Translations under genes and position numbers: made by a program
Notes under the pieces: generated by a model
What the model was told of the DNA's origin: nothing
The model's input: the letters and a program-made list of their open reading frames with translations, nothing else
The model's database searches: none
Shown: positions 38,373 through 47,413 of the stretch, one piece after another
Position numbering within the stretch: position 1 is the first letter of the stretch
Layout of the letters: every line of letters begins with the position of its first letter
Source: a virus
Lineage: Duplodnaviria; Caudoviricetes
Virus record (IMG/VR): IMGVR_UViG_3300044970_001263
Coordinates: 1 to 57,186 of that record
Direction: 5' to 3' (one strand)
DNA: 57,186 bases

Positions 38373-38830
38373 GCTTCACCTCGCTTCTTATACCGTGGAG
38401 CCTGATCGTCACCGCCATAGAGATCCTCAATGGAGATGTTCAGAATCTCCAGCAGCGCAGGGATCATGTTGGAACGAGGAGTCGTTCGTCCATGCTCCCA
38501 GAGACTGACTGCTGCCTGCTTGATACCAAGCGCATTAGCCAGTTGCTGCTGCGATACATTCGCCGCCTTACGGTAGCGTCGGATGTTATTACCGATTGTA
38601 CTCGCCGTTTGAGATACGTCAAGCGAGCGGACACGGAAGCGTGGCTGCTCGTACGTCTTGACCTGATCCGCATTGACGACGACTGGTGAATCTGATCCCT
38701 CAATCCGAACCACATAGTAGTCCAGCGTGGCTCCATCGGCAGTACCCACACGGATACGCTCCTTGAGCACCTCGCCACGGATTGAGACGATTGCACCTCC
38801 TTTAAACGAGAAATCTACATTGTCGGACAT
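38369..38830 (-). CDS. XRE-family HTH regulator with an extra N-terminal domain
   Basis: IRRYRKAANVSQQQLANALGIKQAAVSLWEHGRTTP. Confidence 0.9.
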   Translation of the reverse strand: MSDNVDFSFKGGAIVSIRGEVLKERIRVGTADGATLDYYVVRIEGSDSPVVVNADQVKTYEQPRFRVRSLDVSQTASTIGNNIRRYRKAANVSQQQLANALGIKQAAVSLWEHGRTTPRSNMIPALLEILNISIEDLYGGDDQAPRYKKRGEA

Positions 38831-38847
38831 CTAGTGCCTCTCTCTTT

Positions 38848-39477
38848 CTACGATTGCCAGCGCGTGGAGTGGAGTTCTGGGTACCCATCTTCATTCCCTG
38901 ATGGTGTCTTATGGATACCAGTTGCGTTCCTAAAGATTTCCTCAATGGCTTCCTGCGTGTCCACATATCGTGGGTGTCCGTAGGTCTCCATTGCTAGTGC
39001 GTTTACGAAGTCTACTGGATCTACCTTGCCCATACTGTCCCAGTCCTTTGCGAACGCAAGGCAGTACTGCTTGGTGATCTGACCCTCATAAGTCTTGAGA
39101 GTATCACAACTACGCTTTACATCGCGGACGCGGACTCGACCTACGAAGATAATGTTTACAAAGTCTTCAACAAACATCTCTTCGCCGTCAGCCTGCTTCG
39201 CCGCTTGCATCATCTGGGCTATCGTCGACTGTCCACTCTTCACCCTCGTCGTTATACGAGATGCCATATCCGAGAGATAAGCCAAGCGATTCTTCTGTTC
39301 GTCGGTAAGCGGCATCAAGATCTTCGAATCGCCCAGTAGACGTTGGGCTTCCACAAGTGACTCGAGGGCACCACGCCCACGATCCTTCGCCGCTACTTTT
39401 GGCGAGGGTGTAGGTCGGGTCTCCACAAGAGGCACAAGGGGGACCGTCGCCAAGTTGCCGAACTTTACGTCGCTCAT
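38848..39477 (-). CDS. Hypothetical protein
   Basis: GGAGG RBS, ATGA overlap, no motif recognised. Confidence 0.75.
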   Translation of the reverse strand: MSDVKFGNLATVPLVPLVETRPTPSPKVAAKDRGRGALESLVEAQRLLGDSKILMPLTDEQKNRLAYLSDMASRITTRVKSGQSTIAQMMQAAKQADGEEMFVEDFVNIIFVGRVRVRDVKRSCDTLKTYEGQITKQYCLAFAKDWDSMGKVDPVDFVNALAMETYGHPRYVDTQEAIEEIFRNATGIHKTPSGNEDGYPELHSTRWQS

Positions 39478-39719
39478 AGCGTACACCCTCCGTCGCATTC
39501 TGGTTCGTCGCAGTCGTAGCAGAGTCCGCTATCGGTTCGCTGCTGGTCGCAGAGGAGAGTGACTCCTCGCCGACAGGCATCGCATTCACAGGATTGGACT
39601 TCAATGACTGGCTGCTCCTCCCCCTCTTCGGGAGAGGAGCGCCTGTCTGGTTCTTCTTCCGCGACAACCGCAATGATTGTTTCATGATCTTCTGGATCTA
39701 GTCCAGACCAATCAGTCAC
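39474..39719 (-). CDS. Small acidic Cys-rich protein
   Basis: CECDAC and CYDCDEPEC; overlaps both neighbours in operon fashion. Confidence 0.65.
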   Translation of the reverse strand: MTDWSGLDPEDHETIIAVVAEEEPDRRSSPEEGEEQPVIEVQSCECDACRRGVTLLCDQQRTDSGLCYDCDEPECDGGCTL

Positions 39720-40284
39720 CGTTTACCAGCGATGCCACGGCTGCGGCGTACGCTGGGTCAACGGATGGTGCGGTGTTCGTTGCTGGCTGGCTGATCTCAG
39801 CAGACCCAACGCTTCGGCGACCAGCCAAAGGCTTGATCGTCACAACGCGGTTCTTCTGCTTGCCATCGTTCTTTCCCAAGTAGACAATCAGCGAGAGGCG
39901 AACCTCACGACCAACCAACTCCTCAGTATCGCCCGAAGGAATCTTGGAGTTCAGGTCAGAGATACCATTTGCTGCGAGGAAGAACTGGCGAGCAATGCTT
40001 GCCGTGCCATCCTGCTTGAACCCCATGCGGCTTGGATCAACGTCCTTCCAGATCCAGCGGGACTCAACCTTATTGCCGTCAATGTCCTCAATCGGAGCAC
40101 CGTCAGCGAATGAAAGGATGTCAAACTTAATGGTGAAGACATCAATGATCTTCCCCTCAAAGTTTGGCTTAGCCTGCTGCTTGATCTCTAGGATCTTGGC
40201 GCGATAGTCTTCGTTTCCTGGAAGTGCCTTTCGGTCTTCCACTCCACTAAACTCGTCTGCCCCAGGAACTGAATAGTTAGCCAT
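39712..40284 (-). CDS. Putative single-stranded DNA-binding protein (DUF669-like)
   Basis: LP...Y.AKI.E, ELVGREV and KNRV beta pattern with a disordered tail. Confidence 0.65.
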   Translation of the reverse strand: MANYSVPGADEFSGVEDRKALPGNEDYRAKILEIKQQAKPNFEGKIIDVFTIKFDILSFADGAPIEDIDGNKVESRWIWKDVDPSRMGFKQDGTASIARQFFLAANGISDLNSKIPSGDTEELVGREVRLSLIVYLGKNDGKQKNRVVTIKPLAGRRSVGSAEISQPATNTAPSVDPAYAAAVASLVNGD

Positions 40285-40345
40285 TCTAACTTACCTGCCT
40301 TTCTTTTCTCTCTCTATCTATCTTACCTGTTATTCAGGTCAGCCC

Positions 40346-40374
40346 AGTATAAGGGTTAAGAAATCGGCTGTCAA
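40346..40374 (-). promoter_or_regulatory. Near-consensus sigma-70 promoter
   Basis: TTGACA-N17-TATACT on minus, upstream of the SSB-like operon. Confidence 0.85.
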
Positions 40375-40453
40375 CACAACCGATAACTTATACTTATCTT
40401 AGTCTATCATATACAAGTTATAAGTACCTCCTCTCCACTTGTCCACAAACTGG

Positions 40454-40464
40454 TGTGCTATAGT
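40454..40464 (+). promoter_or_regulatory. Extended -10 promoter for the replication operon
   Basis: TGTGC-TATAGT upstream of the GAGGAGG RBS. Confidence 0.6.
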
Positions 40465-40498
40465 CCCCCCGTCAAACATTTTAGTTAGAGGAGGTTCT

Positions 40499-41431
40499 AT
40501 GCCAGTAATAGGGTTCATCTCATCGGATGGTACATCAGACCAGCCAGAAGGTCAAGGGCATTGCTCATTTGAGTTTGCCCTCCAACTGGCTAAGGATCGC
40601 CACGAGGCGTTCCCTTATCCGTACCCACTCCTTAAGGGGATCGTGGACGCTGTTCAGAATCGGGGCGACTACATCAGCGCGACTTCCGTGCTGCATTGTC
40701 TCCGTGCCGACTACATGAAGCGGAAGGAAGATTACTACTCCACCGTGGAGTCCATGTACCCATCCTTCCGTGGCACGCTGTTCCACGGCTTGCTTGAAAA
40801 GAATGCGCCAGACAATGCGCGCATTGAAGAGAAGGTTAAGCGAACGCATAAGGGAATTGAGATCGGCGGTACGTTTGATTCGCTGCTCTGCTTCCCTGAC
40901 GCTGACGAAAAGAAGTACATCATTCAGGACTGGAAGACGACGGACAATCTGCCGAAGTACGACAGTCCATACTCGTCGCACGTCGTTCAGGTAAACCTCT
41001 ATCGCTGGCTGCTTGGGTTCAAGCCTGAGGATGTCGTGATGGAAGTGCACTACTTCTCCATGAAGGGTCATAAGGTCTGCCGCCTCAAGGATGGCACAGG
41101 CATTGCCCGAGGTGGACGCGCTCCAGTAAACCAGCATTGGTCGGATGCGCAGGTGGAATCGTACCTAGACGACCGACTGATCAAACTCAAAGCCTCAATG
41201 GTGGCTGGCATTCCGATGCCGTACAACATGGTGGGCGAGGACGAGAAGTGGGAGTGCGAGTACTGCCCAGTCCGACAGAAGTGCGCAACGCTCGCTCGCA
41301 GCGAGGAGGAAGCCACATGGCGCAAGCGCGCAGGGCTGCCACCGACAGGTGCTGAGGGCGAAGATTCGGTAGCGTGGGTAGAACTCATCAAGGGCGTAGA
41401 GGCTCGCATCGCTAAGGCTGGTGCAAAGTGA
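40499..41431 (+). CDS. Cas4-like PD-(D/E)xK exonuclease
   Basis: C...GTLFH...GTFD...QDWKT...QVNLY...CEYCP....C. Confidence 0.88.
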   Translation: MPVIGFISSDGTSDQPEGQGHCSFEFALQLAKDRHEAFPYPYPLLKGIVDAVQNRGDYISATSVLHCLRADYMKRKEDYYSTVESMYPSFRGTLFHGLLEKNAPDNARIEEKVKRTHKGIEIGGTFDSLLCFPDADEKKYIIQDWKTTDNLPKYDSPYSSHVVQVNLYRWLLGFKPEDVVMEVHYFSMKGHKVCRLKDGTGIARGGRAPVNQHWSDAQVESYLDDRLIKLKASMVAGIPMPYNMVGEDEKWECEYCPVRQKCATLARSEEEATWRKRAGLPPTGAEGEDSVAWVELIKGVEARIAKAGAK

Positions 41432-42783
41432 ACGCCGTTGCTGCCGTAGGGACTACACCGCACAGCAGGGAGGCTGAGGCTTCCTTCCTTGCGTCGTGTC
41501 TCATTGACGAGAACGCCGTGGAGATCGGACTGGATCTGGACATTAAGCCAGAGGACTTCTTCGTGCCAGCGAACGCTGACATCTGGAAGGTCATGACCAG
41601 TCTGAAGAACAACCGCAAGGTTGTTGATATGATCACGGTCTCCGAAGCGTTGCGTGGGTGCGCAAGCATTGAGTTCCCCGCCAGTTTCATTGCGGAACTG
41701 AGCCGCGCCAATGCTGGGCTGTCCTACAACGCGAAGGACTACGCCCAGATCGTCCGTGATAAGGCGAGCCGACGCGCTCTGCTCAGCGCCACTCAGCAAA
41801 TCGCTGGGCTGGCGTACGACGAGAGCCGTCATGTGGATGTGATCTTTGATCAGGCTGACGCTGCCTTCCGCCGCGTCACCGCAAAGGTCGTAGACACCGC
41901 CACCGATCCTAGCCCCGCCGCCGTCATTGAGCGGATGGAGCAAACCAAGTCCACAGGAGTCCCAGTCAAGTTCCCGCGACTCAACCAGATTACTGGCGGT
42001 CTCGTCAAGGGACACCTCTGGGTCGTCGGTGGCTTCTCGTCCACAGGAAAGAGCGCATTCGCGGTCAATCTGCTGGACGATGTTGCTCGTGCTGGACAGG
42101 CTTCGGTGATGTTCTCCACGGAGATGAGCGCGGAGCAGTATATGCACCGTATGATCTCGCTGACCAGCCAGATCCCACAGCGTGTGCTGAAGAACGGCGC
42201 GATGACGCTGGAGGAAAGCCAGTCGTACAAACTGGCGACTGACTACTGGAAGTCCAAGAAGGTCATGATCTACGATAGCCTCTACACGGTCACCAAGATC
42301 CGACGCGCTGCCAAGCGCATCAAGGAACAGCAGGGTCTGGATGTCGTCTTCGTGGACTTCATCCAGAACTTGTCGGAGACTGGCGATGAGGTCAAGGACG
42401 CTCGCCTTGCCGCAATCCAACTGCAAGCGATGGCGAAGGAACTGGATGTCTGCGTCGTAGCACTCAGCCAGATCTCCAACGCTCAGGCGATGCAGCAGAA
42501 CGAGAGCGGGGCGATGGGCAACTACTACGCCTTCAAGGGCAGCGGTGCGATCAAGGATGCCGCCGATGTTGCCATTATGCTTGACCGTGACCGCGTGAAC
42601 AAGCCTGATGTCCTCTGGGTGAACATCGTCAAGAACCGCCACGACTCCATTGACCGACTCGCTGGTTGGTTTGAGTTGTCCACTGGCACGATCCGCCCGA
42701 TGACTATGGATGAGCAGATGGCGGCAGACCCAAACAGCGGTCGCCGCTCCAAGCAGAAGGAGGGCACCGATGAAGTTTCCTAA
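41428..42783 (+). CDS. dnaB: Replicative DNA helicase
   Basis: PHSREAE N-domain, GFSSTGKS, FSTEM, VDFIQ, ALSQ, ADVAI, KNRH. Confidence 0.95.
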   Translation: MNAVAAVGTTPHSREAEASFLASCLIDENAVEIGLDLDIKPEDFFVPANADIWKVMTSLKNNRKVVDMITVSEALRGCASIEFPASFIAELSRANAGLSYNAKDYAQIVRDKASRRALLSATQQIAGLAYDESRHVDVIFDQADAAFRRVTAKVVDTATDPSPAAVIERMEQTKSTGVPVKFPRLNQITGGLVKGHLWVVGGFSSTGKSAFAVNLLDDVARAGQASVMFSTEMSAEQYMHRMISLTSQIPQRVLKNGAMTLEESQSYKLATDYWKSKKVMIYDSLYTVTKIRRAAKRIKEQQGLDVVFVDFIQNLSETGDEVKDARLAAIQLQAMAKELDVCVVALSQISNAQAMQQNESGAMGNYYAFKGSGAIKDAADVAIMLDRDRVNKPDVLWVNIVKNRHDSIDRLAGWFELSTGTIRPMTMDEQMAADPNSGRRSKQKEGTDEVS

Positions 42784-43015
42784 AGGCATAGAAGTAGAAA
42801 AGGTATTTGTTCCAGAGACAGGCGACTTGACCGCAGACGGCAAGCGAGCCATTGAGAACTTGATAGACAAGGACATCTTGATCACCGTTCGTGGAAAGAT
42901 TAGGTATGTCGGAAGCCGCGTAGCAACCATCCAAGCAACCGATGCGTATGACAAAGTGGATACCATCGGAGTAAGGCTGAGCGATATTGCGGGGCTGGAG
43001 TTCCCAAATGAGTAG
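42770..43015 (+). CDS. Hypothetical protein
   Basis: AAGGAGG RBS before MKFPK. Confidence 0.75.
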   Translation: MKFPKGIEVEKVFVPETGDLTADGKRAIENLIDKDILITVRGKIRYVGSRVATIQATDAYDKVDTIGVRLSDIAGLEFPNE

Positions 43016-43394
43016 CCAAGTAACGCAGAGCGAGCAGGAACTGCTGGCTCATGTACTCCAGATGCTTGGAACAGGTCAGGCAACAACACAGAATCTTGAC
43101 GACTATGTGATTGGATACGCCGTCTTAGGGCGCATCGTAGCCATTGCACAGGGTGAGGCGGAGCGAGCGGAGCAGGAGCGCAAGGTTTCTTGGGCACGAG
43201 CATTCGCTGACGCAAAGTCCTCGCCAGAAAAGACGAGTGACAAACTTGCCGAAGTCAAGGCAGACCTCGTAGTGGAGAGCCTCCGACTCAAGGAGATCAA
43301 CGCACGGGAGCGGCTGACGAACCTTCGCAATACTTGGCAAGCGGTGGAGCAAGCCATCAACGCCATCAAGTTCTTGGGAAGGAACGGTGCGTAA
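43008..43394 (+). CDS. Helical hypothetical protein (UvsY-like pattern, uncertain)
   Basis: Coiled-coil character; located in the replication operon. Confidence 0.6.
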   Translation: MSSQVTQSEQELLAHVLQMLGTGQATTQNLDDYVIGYAVLGRIVAIAQGEAERAEQERKVSWARAFADAKSSPEKTSDKLAEVKADLVVESLRLKEINARERLTNLRNTWQAVEQAINAIKFLGRNGA

Positions 43395-43790
43395 ATGCGA
43401 GATCCATTTCGCAAGCCTCCAGTAAACGCTGGCTCCAATGTGGTGTGTGTGGACTTTGACGGAACGCTGTTTCCGTATCGTCCACTGTATGAATTAAATC
43501 CTCCACTTGCTGGCGCAGTTGAGGCTGTACGATGGATGAAGGCGCAGGGGTATAAGGTCGTGATCTTTACCTCTCGTTGCTCCACTACTTGGTGTGAGCA
43601 GTCTGGCGAAAGCCTCGCTGCCAACCTCGTGTGGGTCATTGACCGACTGATTGAGAATGGGATTCCGTATGACGACATCACGGCAGAGAAAGTCCCAGCA
43701 GAGTTTTATATTGACGACCGAGCGATTGAGTTCCGAGGAGACTGGAACGAGATAATGAACCGCCTGAAGGCAGAACGGAGGACGCATTGA
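43395..43790 (+). CDS. HAD-superfamily phosphatase
   Basis: VDFDGTL, IFTSR, K..A..YIDDRA. Confidence 0.88.
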   Translation: MRDPFRKPPVNAGSNVVCVDFDGTLFPYRPLYELNPPLAGAVEAVRWMKAQGYKVVIFTSRCSTTWCEQSGESLAANLVWVIDRLIENGIPYDDITAEKVPAEFYIDDRAIEFRGDWNEIMNRLKAERRTH

Positions 43791-44401
43791 AGAACATCGC
43801 CATTGCTGGCAAGTTCGCTGTCGGCAAGACTAGCGTAGCGAACATCCTAGAAGCCAACCACGGATACATCAGGATGTCCATTGCGTCGTCCCTGAAGCAG
43901 TTCGTGAACGAAATGTACGCCCGTGATGTGTACGGGTCGGACGAGAACGCGGTGCTGCAGAAGTCGGACATCGTGTTTATCAACTCGTCGGATGGTCGCA
44001 AGGCTGTGAGTGTCCGTCAGTTGCTGCAGGACATCGGCAACACAATGAAGACGATTGACCAAGACATTTGGCTTCGTGGCGTACGGCATCAGGTGCTCCT
44101 CTGGAACGACATGGGGAAGTCAGTTGTCATTGACGATGTGCGCTTCCCACGAGAAGCAGAGTACCTCAAGATGATTGGGTTTGTCAATGTTCGGCTGACT
44201 GCCAAAGAAGATACGCGGCTTGAGCGATACTTCAGGACATACGGCATCACCCCAAGCCGACAGGAACTAGACGACAAGAGCGAGACACTCGTAGATGCCA
44301 TCATGCCAGACCACGATCTGGATGGGGAGCGTTCGGCTGAGGAGTTGGCTGATGTGATTTCAGCCATCGCTCAGGAGCAGCCGAATGATTTTGTGTACTA
44401 A
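43787..44401 (+). CDS. Deoxynucleoside monophosphate kinase
   Basis: GKFAVGKTS P-loop, RQLLQDIG, IDDVRFPREA. Confidence 0.9.
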   Translation: MKNIAIAGKFAVGKTSVANILEANHGYIRMSIASSLKQFVNEMYARDVYGSDENAVLQKSDIVFINSSDGRKAVSVRQLLQDIGNTMKTIDQDIWLRGVRHQVLLWNDMGKSVVIDDVRFPREAEYLKMIGFVNVRLTAKEDTRLERYFRTYGITPSRQELDDKSETLVDAIMPDHDLDGERSAEELADVISAIAQEQPNDFVY

Positions 44402-44516
44402 ATGCCGAAAGAAGTTCAACGGGCTGGAAGCGCAGACCCGCAAGTTTGGCAAGAGCAAGAAGGTGCAATGTCCCTTCTGTTCGGAATGGATTGAGTATGC
44501 TAAAGCCGTACGATGA
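44385..44516 (+). CDS. Small zinc-finger protein (43 aa)
   Basis: Translated by hand (MILCTKC...QCPFC); AGGAG RBS. Confidence 0.65.
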   Translation: MILCTKCRKKFNGLEAQTRKFGKSKKVQCPFCSEWIEYAKAVR

Positions 44517-44883
44517 AGGTGAAGTCCTCCGTATTGACAGCATCGTATATTCGCTAGACGGCGACATTGACTACCTTAAGTTTCTGATTGCCGAGCAGCC
44601 GTACATCCGAAGCGCAATGCTGGCGACTAGCCCACCGACTGACCCAGAGGAATGGACTGGTCGCTACCCGACCACCATCGGCAATGCCCTGCACTGCGAC
44701 CTCATTGAGTTGGAAGCGTGGATGGAGACGCTCGCCCCTAACGACCGATACATTCTTACTGAGTGGGCGAATCGCCAGAAGGCGAAGCCCTACTTTGCAG
44801 CGGCTAAGATCCGTCGTGTCAAGCACCTGATTGGGAAGTTCCCTCAGGCTCGTCGCGGACGAAGGAGCCGAGATGAGGAATAA
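44497..44883 (+). CDS. Hypothetical protein, weak resemblance to sigma region 4/late regulators
   Basis: LEAWMETLAPNDRYIL segment only. Confidence 0.5.
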   Translation: MLKPYDEGEVLRIDSIVYSLDGDIDYLKFLIAEQPYIRSAMLATSPPTDPEEWTGRYPTTIGNALHCDLIELEAWMETLAPNDRYILTEWANRQKAKPYFAAAKIRRVKHLIGKFPQARRGRRSRDEE

Positions 44884-45076
44884 CTTTTCTGGTGATGCTG
44901 CACTAAAGTTTATGTACGAGAAGTATTTGGAGGATCGTGAGAAGTCAGGCAAGAAGGTCAGTTTCCACAAATGGCTCAAGGTACGAGGCATCCTCTCTCC
45001 CGATGCGGAGCAGATGATTCGCCAGAACGAGTTCCCAATGAGCGAAGATGGATTTGAAAGTGAGGAGAAATCATAA
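44873..45076 (+). CDS. Hypothetical protein
   Basis: AAGGAG RBS, coupled to the next gene. Confidence 0.7.
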   Translation: MRNNFSGDAALKFMYEKYLEDREKSGKKVSFHKWLKVRGILSPDAEQMIRQNEFPMSEDGFESEEKS

Positions 45077-46170
45077 TGCCTAATAGCGGATTCTTTTGGA
45101 CGGAAGAGATCTTGAAGAAACTTCTGACCATCACAAAGGAGCAGTTCCTTAGTGAGCACCCAGAAGTCACGAAGCACGCCTATCGTCAGCGATTGGCGGA
45201 GGAGTTGAAAGGTATGAAGGACAAGGCGAAGGTAGCGGTTGTAGATGTCTCGCTGTCGCAGGTGCATCACGAGATTGCTCCTGTGACCCCAGTCAAGTAC
45301 TCGTACATTGACAAGATCGGCAAGCCGATTGAGAAGCGCGGTGAGATTGTGATCGCGGCTGGGGATTTCCAGTTCCCATTTGAAGATCCCGATGTGTTTG
45401 CTGCGTTCCTGACATTCCTCGCCACCGAGAAGCCAGACCGCATCGTGCTGACTGGCGACATCCTTGACCTGACCAGCGTCTCCGCCTTTGAGCGAGACCC
45501 GCGTCTTGGTCTCCCTGTGCAGGACGAGTTGAACCACGCCCACAAGCGGCTGGCTGAGATCCGTGCTGCTGCTGGCAAGAAGGCAAAGATCTTTTTCATC
45601 TACGGCAACCACGAAGCGCGCTTCTCCAAGTGGCTGGCTCGCAAGGCTCCCGACCTCGTTGGTCTCCACGATGCCAACGGCGTAGAGATGCTCTCGCTGG
45701 CGAATCTCTTGCGGCTTGATGCGCTGGACATTACTCCGTGCATTGACAACGCTGTCTCGTACAGCGGACCAGAACATTTGCGCTCGTACTACAAGATCAC
45801 CGAGGATCTGATTGCGACGCACGGCACTTACTCGCGCACCGCTGGTGGCGCTTCGTCCATCATTCCGATTTGTGAAGCGGCGGGCGTTTCCGTTGTTGGC
45901 GGGCACGATCATTCGCAAGGTATGGCATTCCGCACAATGGGTGGGTTCGCCGAACTTGAGGAGAAGCGAATGGTTGCGATCTCCACAGGGATGATGTGCC
46001 GACGCACCGAACTGGGCTACCTCGCCCAGCATCAGGTCGCTCGCTGGGCGGCTGGCTTTGCGGTCATTGAGTTGTGGGGTGAGGGTGCTGGTGAGTGGCA
46101 GCCTGACTTTGCTTCGTGGACTGGCACCTCGCTGGTCTGGCGCGGCAAGCGCTACGCGGGGAAGCCGTGA
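45076..46170 (+). CDS. Calcineurin-like metallophosphoesterase
   Basis: GDFQ, GDILD, GNHE, THG, GHDH motifs. Confidence 0.9.
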   Translation: MPNSGFFWTEEILKKLLTITKEQFLSEHPEVTKHAYRQRLAEELKGMKDKAKVAVVDVSLSQVHHEIAPVTPVKYSYIDKIGKPIEKRGEIVIAAGDFQFPFEDPDVFAAFLTFLATEKPDRIVLTGDILDLTSVSAFERDPRLGLPVQDELNHAHKRLAEIRAAAGKKAKIFFIYGNHEARFSKWLARKAPDLVGLHDANGVEMLSLANLLRLDALDITPCIDNAVSYSGPEHLRSYYKITEDLIATHGTYSRTAGGASSIIPICEAAGVSVVGGHDHSQGMAFRTMGGFAELEEKRMVAISTGMMCRRTELGYLAQHQVARWAAGFAVIELWGEGAGEWQPDFASWTGTSLVWRGKRYAGKP

Positions 46171-46727
46171 AAGCGCGAGGACGAGATAGTGGGATGCTGC
46201 GCGATCCATTTGGGCAGCCGCTTGTGAAGCAGGAGTCCAAGTCCACGGACGAGCAAAAGAAATCAAAGCGCGCACTCCTGCGCCGATCCAAAGATGCAGA
46301 GCGCGAGTTCGCTCGCTGGCTCACAGACAAGGATGGCTTTGACGAGAAGTACCGCAACCTCACATCGTCCACTGGTCGCATTGGTCAGATCACTGGTATT
46401 CAAGCGGACATCCTTTCTGTTCATTATATCGGTGAAGCGAAGAACGAGAAGTTCCCGCTGAAGTGGCTACGCTATTGGCATAAGATTGTTCAGAAGGGTG
46501 CGGAGTGGAAGAAGGATTCAATCCTTATGATCCTCCCGCCCAACCGAGGCGAAGTAGATCCGAGGCTACCAGCGCTCCATATCATTACGCCAGAGCGTCA
46601 CGCAGAACTGCTCCGCAAGGAGAAGTACTACGACGAACACGACGGCGATGCTGAAGCAAAGTTTATCCAGCCCATCAACCCTAACCCAGTTACTAAGATC
46701 GCAAAGGAGTTAAAGAATGGCAAGTAA
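46167..46727 (+). CDS. Putative Holliday-junction resolvase-like nuclease
   Basis: KDAERE...ADI...GEAK PD-(D/E)xK pattern. Confidence 0.6.
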   Translation: MKARGRDSGMLRDPFGQPLVKQESKSTDEQKKSKRALLRRSKDAEREFARWLTDKDGFDEKYRNLTSSTGRIGQITGIQADILSVHYIGEAKNEKFPLKWLRYWHKIVQKGAEWKKDSILMILPPNRGEVDPRLPALHIITPERHAELLRKEKYYDEHDGDAEAKFIQPINPNPVTKIAKELKNGK

Positions 46728-46914
46728 GAAGCCAGCAAAACTAGCGGTAAAAGAGGCGCGTTCGTCTCGCCCATTCCCACTAAAACTTTGCTACAAGTGC
46801 GGCAAGACTATTGCAGCGGCAAAAGATTATCTGACCGTTCTGGTTATCAACCGAAACGATACCAGCCGTTCTAGCCGCTATCAAGATTGCCACCGCACTT
46901 GCATCAAGGTTTAG
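46717..46914 (+). CDS. Small basic zinc-binding protein
   Basis: CxxC...HxxC; AAGGAG RBS. Confidence 0.7.
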   Translation: MASKKPAKLAVKEARSSRPFPLKLCYKCGKTIAAAKDYLTVLVINRNDTSRSSRYQDCHRTCIKV

Positions 46915-47402
46915 GCTCCTCGCCCATCAAGTTGTGGGTGAGACGGCGCACCGCCGTACTCGTGGCGGCGCTTGTAGTTGTACTTGCGATGGTAAAACAA
47001 ATGCTTGCACACAAGGCTAAGTGCGCGGCTCACATCATTGCGATCCCATCCATCAATCATAATGCTGCCCTGCTCCGCTTGCGACGCTGGCAGAATCACG
47101 ACATTCCCGACAAGGAATGACTTGACATCCAACTCGTGCAGGAGCGCGGTGGCATTACGATTGAGCGGACTGATGTGCTCCCACAGAGCCTCAGGGTCGC
47201 CGTAAATATTTACGAGCACCCCCTTGCTGGGGTCTACGATCTCAGGAAGCCAGACATCGCGGTACAGAATCCCAGCATCAGGGGCGGTGATTAGCCCCTT
47301 GATTGCAGTGATCCAGTCCTTGTGCGTTGCAGTCTGCTCCTCCGAGAACCGAGCCACCTCTGGCTCACTCATTGCTCCGATATAGATTCCGTACTGACTC
47401 AT
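46911..47402 (-). CDS. DUF3846-like hypothetical protein
   Basis: PLNRNATAL...LVGNVVI pattern; AGGAGG RBS. Confidence 0.55.
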   Translation of the reverse strand: MSQYGIYIGAMSEPEVARFSEEQTATHKDWITAIKGLITAPDAGILYRDVWLPEIVDPSKGVLVNIYGDPEALWEHISPLNRNATALLHELDVKSFLVGNVVILPASQAEQGSIMIDGWDRNDVSRALSLVCKHLFYHRKYNYKRRHEYGGAPSHPQLDGRGA

Positions 47403-47413
47403 CTCTCCTCCTT

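Noticed and set aside
41068-43215. 715-aa minus-strand ORF
   Set aside because: Antisense shadow of dnaB and its neighbours; no RBS or motifs.
44554-46275. 573-aa minus-strand ORF
   Set aside because: Antisense shadow of the phosphoesterase operon.
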